This document shows, piece after piece, positions 36,174 to 50,200 of a stretch of DNA of 64,000 nt. The position numbers and the translations under genes are program-made. Every line of letters starts with the position of its first letter. The first letter of the stretch is position 1. The DNA comes from Saccostrea cucullata (Eukaryota): NCBI RefSeq assembly GCF_032062105.1, contig NW_026922232.1, positions 1 to 64,000 of the forward strand, read 5' to 3'. The notes beneath the pieces are model-generated. The model searched no databases. It had not been told where the DNA came from and worked only from the letters and a program-made list of their open reading frames with translations.

Positions 36174-39100
36174 GGTTAAGATTGCGTCGTATCCAGTGTG
36201 ATGTCGCACATACGTCCGACTAGTCGGAGCAACTCTGCCAAATGATTGCCAGTTAATGTAATTGACAGTCCCTTGTGGATTGCATATAACTTTTTTTATG
36301 AATACATTATATCCTCCTTGTTTAACATAATTTAAGCTCCATTTTTATGTAAATGAGATGTCATGTCAGGATGACGTCACAAATGTGGCAGGGAAGCACT
36401 AAAGTCCTGAAGTTTGTTGTATATAATTGAAATATAGTGATAGGTATTTCTGAGTTTTATAAACATGCATGTTATACAGTGGATGTCAAACATAGAGTCT
36501 TGAAGTTGTCAAGACAAGAATCATTAATAAGCATGTGGAATTTCTTGCTTCATACAATTTACTGCACTGTCACGCGATGTAAATATACGAGATTTTAATG
36601 ACATTAGGTACACCAAGGCATGATTTTATATTACTAATTGTAATATCTGACAATTAATTTACTATCTTTTACATGTCTTGAGTATAGGTATTTAATTATA
36701 TATTCTGGAACCTTCACATACTATGGATTTGGATTTTCTTTTCTTTTTAAAATTATTTTTAGGACCTGCTTTCAAGTATTTTTCTGAGTCATTCAGTGAT
36801 TGGTTAAAGCAGTATGATACAAAATAGAATGTCATTTAACCAGTTTTACAGATCCTTCTTAGCTATGATAGAAAAATGATTTTAATTTTTTTTAATACAA
36901 TGACTAGTCCTTGGTCGAATTCTGAGTTTTTGCAAAGTTAGGTACTTTTTTGTTTTGATTTATTTAGATACTTAGTTTTAACTGACTGAACAAGAAAACT
37001 GGCTGGTGTTATGGTAGATTGGGTTACTTACTCTTAATGGCATCTGATCCAATTACTGCCTTTTCCAAAGTACTTGTAATTGTTTGCAATTATTTCAATT
37101 TGATGTTTTGTTTTAATCGATTTGGAATATGATCACTGTCCGTGAAATAATAATCCAAACATTTTTATTCATTTCTAAGCAATTATTTATTTTTTGATAT
37201 AACATACATACAAAAAGAAAATTGTGTCATCTTATTCTTACCTTTAGATTAGTTAATAAATTTATTATTTTTGAATGCATTTATTATATCTGTTTTTTTT
37301 TTACTTTAATTTTTCTGCTTAAAATGTTCAATAAATATTCTCAGAAAAACATTTTTCTTTATTTTTGTTCAAAGTCTGATCTGCATATTGAAACTTTATA
37401 AAACGTATATTATAGGATGGTTTAGATAATATATGAATGCTAAAATAATTTTACTGAATTTTTTGTTTCTGACTTTTATAAGTTGGATGAAAACTGGAAA
37501 CAAAATTGTCAGTTTCTATATTCAAACGTATGTTCAATATATTTAATAATACCGCATTTAAAGTATTTTTAGATAAAACAATTACAATAATAGACAAGCG
37601 TACATAAAACAATCTTGTGTGTGTAATTGAAATCATCTTCATACATTTTAATGACCTAATCAAAAAATGTTTTCGAGATTACTTAGTGAATAAAAATCCC
37701 TGGAATTAGGAGCATTATAAGACTGAAGCAACGTTAGAGAGGTCTATGTAAATAGAAAATAATAATAAAATTTAGTGATTAGGATACATAATCACAATAA
37801 AACTAATTTCCTTAGTGAAAATTCGCTAAATGCCCCGTAAAAATATGTAGTCTAATTAAAATAAATACATATACATTCAGCTTGATGTTCACATGTATGT
37901 TAAAAGAATTCAATCTTTTGAGAGGTATGATATGAATTTGGAGCAGATGCAACAATCTCTCATAATATTCATTTTGATCAGTATTTCATTAAAGAATACA
38001 CAAGAACAAGAGACAATGTTACTTGCATGTTCATGAAATATTTTAATTTTTCCCCAGATGCACATTGGATTGTGGTTTAGAATCTGTAGTGCATTTCCTT
38101 TTATTACAGTATCATTTAAAAAAAAAATTATGAAGGTTATATAAGGTACCAATTTACGTCTCAGACAGACAGAAATGAATATTATGTAATGATGAAGGTA
38201 TTTCTTGATGCTATCTACTTTGTGGTTTTTATGAAATGTTAACATATGTAGATGCATATTTTTTAAGGTTAAATGAGAAAGGTAAAGCTTATTGCATAGT
38301 TAATTTCAATGATATGATGCTGTTACTTAGTTCTAAGGCATTATTAATTTATATTATCTTTTTTAGTGAACTCAAGATATGTAAAAATAATTTGAAGACT
38401 TTTTATTAATGGAAAATAAATTCCCAAAGAGGTAAAAAATATTTTCTTGGAATACCTGAAATTTATTTTATGTTAACGTTATTTTTTCCAAATAAATATT
38501 TACCACAGAGTATTGTTCAAGACAAATGAGAATTTAAAAATAAATTTGAACATAACATACATATATAATGCTCAGAAGTCAGGGCAAACAAAAGGAAAAG
38601 GAAAACAGAACCTTTAAAACACCAAAAGTCGAATCATCTCCCATGGACAAGTTAGCAAACTTAGCTTATTACTAGACAAGGGTCATAAACATGTACCCAC
38701 TGTGAGCCCTTTGAACAAATCAGAAAAATGGAATTATCTGTATCACTATCGGGCAATTCAGTTTAAAAATAAAGGCCTATCAGTTTGGTTCCTAAAACGT
38801 TTGTCAGCATTCGAAGGAACAATTGGTTGTATTTGTAGACAGGGTCATTGTATCCACCAAAGAATTTGCAATTGTAATAAGTAATAATACAGCGATAAAT
38901 GAGATGCACATGGGTTAGGTAAGTCAGATCACGCTAGCCGTATTAATTTTGTCATTATTCAGATGTGAAAAATCTGATCCATCCTTAAGATGTTGATAAA
39001 ATATTTTACTTCAATTATGATAAATCGAATATCGATCATGACTGTCACATTAGTAAAGAAGCTACATATATAAAATAGAATGGTGAAACAAATCTTTTAG

Positions 39101-42100
39101 GATTAAGGTAAAATATAAGTTTTGATATATCTTGAAAGTTTTCTGATGTTTATGACATAGTGAGCCATTGAACTGAATACAATATTTTAGAACAATGTAT
39201 CATTATTTGAAGCCTTACCTCCAGGATAACACACAAAGATACCTGTATGTGATAAATGTGGTTAACATATTTATTCATTGATTATAATATTGACGTTTCT
39301 GAAAATTGTCATTTTGGTTTTTTTGAGCGATTTATATTTTTAAATATCAAGTCAGATGAATCTGAACTTGTTCTTCATTAATTTTTTTTATCAATTAGGA
39401 GACAATAATGCTCTTATCAAAGGTTTTTTTTTTGTCAGTATGAAAAAAAAAAAAAAACTAATGTCATATCGTTTTATAATGATTATGGTTCAAGTGACGT
39501 TTGTTTAAAAGAGATAATGTTAATTTGAGATATATTTCTAAATGTCAATATAAAATGGGTACATGTAGTTTTGTTAGCGTAAAATATTTACAGATCGAAC
39601 AATGATTTCTCCTAGATTTATATATTTTATTGTTACGTTTATCCACGAACTTGACAATAAATGCAAGACATGGTATTATTTTCAACGCAATAGCTGTATA
39701 GATGTTTAAAGATTTTAATGTAAAGAGTCAAAGAAATTAAGTCATATCATGAATAGTAAATACGTTTTAAAACATATTGTTATAATAACTTCTTGATAAT
39801 ATTAATTTCGTCATCCATATAATTTCAAACCAATATTTTGTTTAGGGCGAATTTCTATGAATTCATTATAAGATAAAGATGAAGAAATTATTTTTTTATC
39901 TTCACTATTGTCGACAAATTAATACATCTGAAATAATTATATCAAGGAAATGAATGTATAATTTCACAACTCAAAAAGCCACAAGCAAATTATTATTTCA
40001 TTTTTACTCCAATAATATCGTTTTCTCTTAATTAATATTAATGACATGTTTCATTGTTGATATTTTTTTCTTTTGAGTAATAAATTATTTTGTTTACTTA
40101 CAGAAATGATTTAGATGTTTTTTCTATTTCCAGACGTCTTGGAAATAAATGAATTATTTCCAGTATGATTATAAAGGATAAACTAAACAATATGCAAGAC
40201 AACACATTCCAATTTACCGAATGAATATTAGTTTTCGTTTTTATTATTACGACAACGAGCATCAGTTTATACAGCCTCACCCCAAGAACCAGACTACACG
40301 ACCCGCAGTGGGATTCAACCCCGCCACATAAGGATCATTTCCTTATTCTACGTCCCTAGAGAAAACAACTGAGCCCTACGGAGTAATCCTTTAAATCTAA
40401 ACCTAAATCTCAACCAAAGGATGAGATAATTTACAATCATCTTGGAGAGTTTTTGGGATTTTACTTATGTATCTTTTACTATCCCAATGAAGACATCTCC
40501 TAAAGTATCTTATATAAGCCTGCATTAAATTTGGAGAAAACTCTTATGAAGCCCAAAAGTCTATTGACGTTATACAAATCAGGAGCGGAGGAATAATAGC
40601 TAGACCCTTAAAACTACAAATAACAAAGAAGGGATCGGTTGCCGTTATGAAATAAAAATTCCGTGTCGACCTTCATCATATCGTGTGTTCTTTGTCATGT
40701 TGGGGACCCAGAAAAGTCCATACACGAGTCATTGTGTAAGTTCAATGCCTTTAATTTGTTTGAAAAAAAACCCAAAGTCATGGCCACTTTACATAATTAT
40801 ATATTTATTATTTAATATTGCTAAAAAGGGCATTGCATCGAGAATAAAAACGTGTGTAATGTCGACTTTAAACGATACGCTTGTTTTATTTCTTGTTTGG
40901 TCAAAAGATTATCCTATTTAGAAAAATGATCATTCGTTGGACAGAGCATTCTCTTGTCAAATCAAGCTAAATAAGCAGGTGATGATCATATATTGCTATA
41001 TAAATAAAGAAAACTGAGTTGAATTCATCATGTTTATCCTTAAATATTTTTGGTGATTATTTACGTCTTTACTAGTGAAATGTCCAAATATGAAACAAAC
41101 TTCTTATTCAGAAAGAATGTTCAAATGTTTTTTTTAAAAATAAATATTGTTATTTCATAAAACAAAGTCAATATTTCACGAGATATGGTTTTAACTCGCA
41201 TAATTTCTTATTCCTAGAATGATCATTCTGTACAGAAAATTAAAAAGCAATGTACAAATGTCATCTGAGGGACAATAAATAACATGTAACGATGAAGGAA
41301 AATCTGGTTGCTGATTGTTTTGTGGTTTGAAGAAATGTTATAGTTTTTTTTATATATCCACATATATATGCACATTTCCTAAGTGTAATTAAGAGAGATA
41401 GAGATTGTGTATTCATACAAGATTATATATTATGTTCTTATCTGCAATATGACTAAAGGTCAAAATGAAAAATATAAAAATAAAGAATAACTATCACTTT
41501 CAACAAAGATAATAAAAAATATAAATATGTGAAGATGGCAGATAACACACTACCCTGAAAAATCCAGAGGTGGGATCAGGTGCCAGAAAGAGTAACCATC
41601 CCCTGTTGATCGGTAACGTACGCATGTTATAAATTGGTTTGTTTTTCAATGAGAGTTAAATCTCAGACAATTAGTCTGATGCCTTGTTACCTTGCAGAAA
41701 AGTTACTTGAAATTGCTTTTAAAATACTATACCTTGATAAAGGTATATAGCTTTATAAAACTATATAGCTAAATCAATGTATGACATATACCTTGGTCAA
41801 GGTATTATATGTAATGAAAATATAAAAAAAAATTCTTAAAAAAAATACTGAAAGTAGGGTTCCGAGTTATTGTCAGTGTGTCCACTAGTGGATGAAAAGT
41901 ACTTGGGTATCAAACGACAGCATAAAAGAACGTCTCACACGGCATGTTTTATACTGATTTCTTTGTGTTTGAGTACTTTACATCCATGGGTTAATTTACT
42001 GACAACAACCCAGAACTCGGCTCTCAGTATTTATTTTTTTTATAGAATTTTTTTGGTATTTGTAATACATTGATTAAGCTATATATCTTTATCAAACTAC

Positions 42101-43928
42101 ATACCTACGTCAAGGTATTGTGCTGGACCTTCTCAATATTAATTTTTCCTAAATAATGAACTAGATAATTTTCTTTGAATATGATAAATGATATTGATGA
42201 CTTTGAAATGTTTAAAAGATAAGGAGCAGTAATCAATCATTAAGTTCAATACAATGAAACAATACACAGTAGAACATGAGATAGAAAAGACGATTGTTCA
42301 TGACATAGTAAACCAGTGAACTGTATACAATTATTTATATATCCTTTATATCACTATGTAAAGTTTTATCCTGTGGTTTGCATACATGTAGTTACTTGTA
42401 CATTTTGGTATAGATTTTCTTCAGAGTCTGATTTATTTATTTTAATTTTTCTAATAGCTTACTTTTTTGGAACAAACTTAAGTCAACGGTTCAATCATTA
42501 TACTTTTTTTTATATGTTTAAAAAATTATGGTCATTGCAATTTTTCCTTCTTTATTCATTAGTGCTGAATATGTATACTATAGTGATCACCAAAGAGTAT
42601 CACTTATATGCCATGGAGGAGTGAGCGTCTCCTGCTGACCGGTTACACCTGCCGTGTGCTCATTGTCATGATGGCACTACTTATTACGGAAAGAAGCCGT
42701 CAACAATTCAGTGTGTATATAGTGACCTACTAAAAAGTAAGGTAAACGTCAGTCAGCATTAAATTTCATGATAGATTGTACCTTTTGACAGGGCCAATAT
42801 AACGACCATAGGACATGAAATGACGATTTTATAAAAGACTGTTGATACTCTTATTTTTTCAATCATTGTAAAAGTTGGTGTACAATTTCATATTTTTAAA
42901 TTAGATATTGAATTTATGTATCATTTACAAGAAATATTAATCAAAAACTATATTTTCTGAATGTAACATGTGTCAACAATAACACATTTTGCTGCCCATG
43001 CTATTTCCAGTTAGAATTTGCATGCGTAAATCATTTTTATGAATAAGAAATGGTTATTAAATGTGATCTGAAATGGTTTGTGCATTTATACTTGCACATG
43101 TGTTTTCTGTCGGGAAGAATTCATCATAGATAATTCTGTCAAGGAAATAAATTTATAAATTCATAATACAGATAACCACTAACAAATTAATGTTCCTCTT
43201 TACACCAGAAATATTGTTTCATTTTAATTAGCATAATAAAATTCTTCATTGCTACTTTCTTGTTTCTTATTGAGAAATGAATCAATTTGTTTATTCAAAA
43301 TATCATAAGAAATTAATCATGTTAATTCCCTTATATACTGCCATTTGGTAATAAAAAAATAATTGTGGAGCAAAGTTAAGGCAAACGCAACGTAGTTTGA
43401 ACTTTATTGGGTTCTTCCCTGGAGTTGAAGAGTTCCACTAAATGAAGGATCAGTGCGCAATATTTTTGATGTCTAAATATGAATTTGTACAACACAATTT
43501 TTGAGAAAAAAAATCTGGAATTTAAATTTGTGATTAATGCAAAAATTTTTAAAATTAATCAAAACACTTAACACACTGATCTATGAACATGTAAGATATA
43601 ATTCTTGGAATATTTTGAAAAATTTCAACAAAGCAGGCATCAAGATATTCAGGTCAGCATTTAACTTTGTTAAATTTTGTAAGGGATTTGCCTTTATTTG
43701 TTTGTAAATTTTGTTTTGCCTTTATTGAGTTTTAAGAAATTAAGCATTTTGTTTTAAATAGATAAACATGTACAGATTGTACGGTATAAAGCACAGTATA
43801 TTGCCAAAATTTTAGTTCTTGTTTCTTCATAGTATGAGCAAAATAAAAAAAAAAATCAGATTTATTATTTTTTTCAGCCTTCAAAGCAAACATATATATA
43901 TATTTAAAATATAAAATTTAATACTTAA

Positions 43929-44180
43929 GTTTGTTTGTTTCTTGTTTTACGTCCCTGTCAAAGAATTTTAACTCGTATGAAAATGCTTTTACTTGCCCTT
44001 GGGGACCTACAATTTTTTCCTATGCTCGATACACAGGGCTATTGAGCTTTTTCAGAACTGCAACATGGGGCCTCGGTTTATACGTTCTCACCTGAACTAC
44101 CGGTCTCTACGTTGGGATTCGGACCTGCAACGTAAGGATGCTTTGCAACTCTAAAGCAGACGGTCTAACCGCTGCGCCAA
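43929..44180 (-). mobile_element. tRNA-derived SINE
   Basis: Minus-strand head TGGCGCAGCGGTTAGA (A box) and GGTCCGAATCCC (B box), with an (AAAC)n tail. Confidence 0.7.
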
Positions 44181-47100
44181 GTTAAGTCCTATAAGGTGCA
44201 GTTCAAAATAATCATTCATACATGTAACATGGTTTAATATATCATACCTAAGAAGTTTCTGTCATCCGATCTAACGATAATTGTAATGAGCTAATTATCA
44301 GCTGTCAATTGTGACAGATATTCACAATTTGAAAATTTAAATCATTTTAGTGTTGGAATAATATTTAAACGCGCAGGATCAATTTTTTTCAAAATCAAAG
44401 TGACAAAAAATAATGATGAAAGACAAACCACACCTCATCATTAGTTTAGATAAAATTTGAATATTTTTCATGGAATATCATAAAACCACATATTTATAAC
44501 TGTGACATTTTAGGTAAAAATGATGCTTCAGGGAATGCAATTACATTTGATATTAGAAATTAAGTAAACATTTTTTATTACCTAGTTAAAAGAAAGTAAT
44601 GAAATGAAACGTTTTCCAAGAAAAATCTTTTATTTAAAAATTTGAGTGCTTGAGGGTCGGTTTATTACAATTTCAATACTTTATCTACCCCTTTTTTTAA
44701 AAGGAATATCCTGTTTTCTATTTTTTTTTCAGATCTGTCTAGTATATTTGACCCTATTAGGTATTGTCTGATATCTGAAAAAGTGATTATCAATGCCTTA
44801 AGATAGTATTATATAAATTTTTATTCGATTAAAAGGGGCGTTTATTGTTTTTGTCCTGTCTGTCTGTTTGTCTATCTGTTGTCAACTTTAACTCTCGCTA
44901 TAACTTTTGAAAGATAGAGACTTCATATTTTTTTTTGTCATAAAAGTGTTTTTTTTATAAAGTGTGGGTCATCGTTCGATGTTTTTGTTAGGCGATATGT
45001 TTAAAACAATAGTTTTAAATTTAATCTACACTTTAAAAAAAATTGCAAAGACCCCTATACATTTATATTAAACATTGTTTTATCCAATGGAGAAGTGGTT
45101 ATTGTAACTTTGGAAATGTGCTCTAAACACTCGTGAAATTGTTTCAAATCCTCAAGATTTTACAGTAATGTTGGCTGAAAAATTACAATAAATATTGTTA
45201 TGACTGATATCTATTTGTTTAACCATTATATATATTGTTTTAAGAAATTTCATTTATCTTATCTTATGAAAAGTAGGCATGGTAATGCATTTTCAATCAA
45301 AAATAAATTGAGTACAAAGTTGCGAAACCAAAGGAGTGATCTCAGTACCTACAAGAAAATAACTTTGTAAAACAAGAAATTTCTTTATATATACTTAATG
45401 CCCACGTAAAGCATTTTTATTTGAATGTTTGACGCCTGTATAAATACATTATTTAATCTTTTCAATCAATTACATCGATTTCTAGCTTATTTTTCTGATT
45501 TTAGAAAGCAGTAAAAGTCATAGAGAACAAATAATTTATTATAGCAGCTCAGGTGTGTTTCAGCTAAAATTGAAGGAAAAACACGACTTCGATGTTCAGT
45601 ATTATTGACATTGATCTCTTTTCTTAGATCTAAGGTCAATCTGATGTATTTTTATTATTTTTTATATCCCAGTATCTTTTTTTCACGATGAAAGAATTAA
45701 TGATTTTTTTTCAACATTGTATTGTCCAGTTTGACTGATAGACACTAAAATACAAACAATGTACAAAATCTTTCTTCCGACAATGAAAACAGCAAAATAA
45801 TTTTATAGTACAAGGATATGATTACAAATTTCACATCCTTTAGTCTTTGGAAACAAGGACTAGGGTTCAGCCTCCTGATCCGTAGCTTAAAGTATACCAA
45901 ACTATGTCATCTTAAAGCATATACACCCAAGTTCACTAATAAGCAGCATTTGTTGTTCCTGTTGTTTTGCGAGTCTACCAACAAAAACCTATTGGGATTA
46001 ATATTTTCATTTATTAAACTATTTACACACAACACGTGTGATGTTCTATGTAATATTATCTGCATATGATCGAATAGTATGATTGAAAAATAAAAATTTT
46101 ATTATCCTGAATTTTCCAGCATCAATGCAAGGTTTTCAAAAATATATTTTATTTTTACGAGTAGTTTTTAAAGGTCTTGTTATAATGTTTATTTGCTCTC
46201 TGCTCACTCAGGATAAAAAGATGCCGGCTATCAAATTATGTGTGTATTTTTAACCCTGAATTTTTTTTTCCAGCATCAATTTAAAATTGATTAAAATCTG
46301 TTCAAGGAGCATTTCTGCTGTACAAGTTTTATAATAAAGGACTTAAAGAAAAAAAAAATAAATCAATTTTTTATTAGAGATAACACAAAAAATATCAGGC
46401 AATCAAATTATTATAAGAATAACACACTTTGCAGAGTAATTTATTTTGAAAGTTGTGTTGACTGGAAAATGTTAATTATTGATTAAGATTGTCCAATTTT
46501 CTTCATAAATGTAGCATAAATTTTGTTTTGAGTAATTTACACAGAATACTATATTTTCAAGGAAATAAATAACTTTATCAAGAAAAATTTTTAAATATTC
46601 ATGTGATATATAGGATAACACATAAAAATTACACAATGCTCATTAAATTTTGGATCAAAATAACACACTTTGAGAAAATATAAAATTTATGATAATGCGA
46701 AAAGCTTATAAATTGCAACTACATGTTTATTCATGTAAAGGTTTTAAAATAACCAGCTTCAGTATTCGGAACATTATCAATGTTGCATGAAGTTTTATAA
46801 AGCTCTTCACTGTGGCTGATATATATATTTTTTCTATCAAAGAAAAGTTAATTCTTCAAGCATATGTAATTAAAACATTCTGATGACTTGTATGCTATAA
46901 TCATAGCCAATATTAATGTTTGGGGGATGGAATTTAAAATAATCAATAATACTTTCTGATATCATAATTTCGATACATGTGAAAAAAAATATATCAATTG
47001 TAATTTATTAATATCCAGAAAAGCTCTAAATGATTGCCATTCATTATAATTTTACGTAAACAATAGAGCTATGGAAAGAAATATAACATTTTGCTTTATA

Positions 47101-47210
47101 ACAGAATGACATTTATGCCTTAAATTATCTCATTATGTTCTATATTGTCTAAAGGTTTTGATGGTGATAAATACTTTATTTGAGCTACCCTTCTATAGGA
47201 AGTAATTACA

Positions 47211-50200
47211 TTAATTATTATACCCTTGGTACACATTATTCTTTTCATTAACATGAGGCCTTTTTACAAAAGCTTCGTCATATAAATTTTGTGGTAAATC
47301 CACATACAATCCCTCTTCTTCAATGGTATCTTCAGCTTGGAAATGTTCCAATGGAATGCAGTCATAAACATTGTTTACACTGACGACTGTTTTACGGCCA
47401 ACATGTCTGTTCTTGTCCTTTTTGTCTCTCCTTGCACGTGAATTTTTAGCAGAACTAATAAAGAAGGAAAGGCAAATATTATTACGTTTTTTTACTGGTG
47501 GATAAATTTTCACTCTACTAAGGTTCAGAAATTTATTCAGTCTCTTCAATAAATTGAACTTTTCTACTCTTAAGGAATAAGAAAAATTCATTAAAAATAA
47601 AAGGCATTTATTACCTGTTTCTGCGATGCTTTACTATGCAAATACCGACTGTCACCAAGGTAACTTCAATTACACCGATCCCGATTGCTAAGTAAACTGT
47701 AGAGAATGTGTTTGAAAATTTGTTAGCTCAAGGTGTGAAAATCAATAATACGTGCATGTCTGATAAGCTTTTAATGAAAAATGAATGCATTAGTATATTA
47801 AAAAAGAATATTTAGAATAATTATAAAAAAGACTAACGAAAAACAATTTATTATTTTAAAAAAAACATACAATACCTATCTGGTAAGGCGTAAGGTTTTC
47901 TCCTGTTAAAAATATAAGAAGAAGCAATTACATGTAGCATATAAAATTCAAAGATATCTAATTCGCCTACATCTACAAAATTATAAATTTACATATACAC
48001 GATTAAAGGTTGCTTGGAAAAAAAATTGTTATTTTTATGAAATTTAAAATCTTAAAAAAACCGAGCAGATCAGAATACTTGTAAACAGAATGCATTCCGT
48101 TTTTAGTTATTAACTGCCACAAAAACCGTGTTTGCAAACACAGTATCTATTATCAACTTGATTAAAAAACAGAAGAATATATGGTTCACATATTGCCAAT
48201 TTTAAATAATATACAATTCTTTCATGTATTTCTGAATCATGTATATCTGAAATATTTATTCCATTCCAGTTTTTGGATATTTCATTTTATATTTAACTCA
48301 ACAGCTGGCAAAATCTTTGACAGAATAAAAATGAAGTTTTGTCACAAATGAAAGAATTAAGGCTACCTGTATTTCGGTTTCCTTTAAAGTCTTCGTTTTC
48401 AACTACATGTATATAAACATTACTTATAAGGATGAAGTTGGAAGAAGAGCAAGAACACTTGAGAAAAACTTGTTTTTGGTGTTCAAAATGAGGGCACTGT
48501 TAAGTTTTTGAAAGTAACAGTTTGGGGAATATCTGTAAAAAAAAAATACAGGGTATAGCTTTCAACTTAAAGTATGGTGGACTACAAGGTCTAACCCAAT
48601 TGAGAATGTTATTGATATTCAGGGAATGTATTCCATTGTTGGCAAATGTTAATTAAAGGAACTGACATGTTAAGTTAAAATTCTCCTCCGACATACGTAG
48701 TACGCTAAAGAGCCTTTGCTAGGCAACATCCAGATCACAAACGTAGTATGTATTCTGCAGCTGCTGATTCTATGTATTAATGTACACGTGGGCATGAAAG
48801 ATACTCTTTTTTACCGTGCCTAGGTTAATGAATGTAATATCTAAAGAATAAATGGATGAATAAATTATTGTGAATTGTTAAAGTCATATACGCTATATGA
48901 ACGCCGAATTTTGTGTGAAACAAAATGATTAATCATTTAAAACACATGAAGTGTAATGAAAAATAATACTTTCCACAAAATTGTACTATAGATGTATTTG
49001 TAACAAAACAATCAAACATATCTAGAAATTAAGAATTCAGTCTTTTCATGAATATTGATGAAGGAAGTGCGTAAACAGTAGGCCTATATATAGCAACACA
49101 TGTCCACGGGAAATCACAGACAACGAGATATGTTGCATTTTGACAACAATTATTAATAAAAGGTCAATATGCGTCATAACAGAAAAGATGGTTGATAATG
49201 AATACATTAAAAGGTAAGTACTAATAAGAGTAAGACGCTTGCCATCCACGTCAAAAGTGAGTAGTATCTCAAACGGCCTACCTTGTTTTCTTTACGCCAC
49301 GTGTGTTTATCAATCTAAAAGTAGCGACGGCGTCACGTGATGGATCTATTTAAAAATAGCTATTTTTCTTTCCTTGCAGGATAATAAATAATTATAATTT
49401 GATAACTTTGTAACGCGTTTAATTTTAATGGGGCAATTTACAGTATTTTTGTAACTTTTATTGATAAACAAATTATATCAATTTCCAATCGTATTTTAAC
49501 TGACGCAAGTTATAGCGTGTATACTTTTAAGGTTTCAAGCCTTAGGTTCAAAATTCATGAAAGCTGTCTTAAATATGTATTCAAAATTGTATACGTACCT
49601 TTCGTCGTTGGATTCGGTATACTTCCCACTGTTGGCTGCTGCGTATTGATTTTACTGAATTCGGATGTTGTGATATGGGTTGTTTCCTTCAGAATTGTTG
49701 ACTTATCATCTACTCCCGTTGTTGCTAATGAGTGTTAATGAGATAAATGAAGTCACTTTACGATATTGCTTCTCAATTGCGATGTTAGATTGAATAATGT
49801 GTATCCAAATGAGATCCTTAAAGTATCTTTGTCTATTAACAACAGAGCAAAAAAGGCTTCATCGCGAAAATAAATCGTCGCGAACTAGTTTACCCTCATA
49901 AAATCAATAAATAAAGTAGAAGCGAATAAAAAATGGTTTAAAGCAATCAGTCTTTCAATATTTTTTGTGTTACGATATCATTATGCCACAAGGAGTTACT
50001 ATACAGTAATTTGTAAAGCAATTTATATTAATTTCTGCTTTTTTTTTGGGGGGGGGGGATTTTAGTAACAGTGATACATTTTGAAAATCTTAAGATATAT
50101 TATGCTTAAGAATATTGCGATTGAATATCAAATGTATCCCTTATACTACCTTATACGACTGTGTGATTGACAGAAAGATTACATTGAATTTAGTGTAAAT

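Noticed and set aside
41530-42670. Two short GC-richer patches resembling retroelement ends (41530-41620, 42615-42670)
   Set aside because: Too short and decayed to classify without a repeat library.
36300-47100. Hidden gene in the 11-kb AT-rich interval (ORFs at 37910, 38702, 42316, 45818)
   Set aside because: No recognisable motifs and no consistent exon chain; composition reflects AT bias. A lncRNA cannot be excluded.
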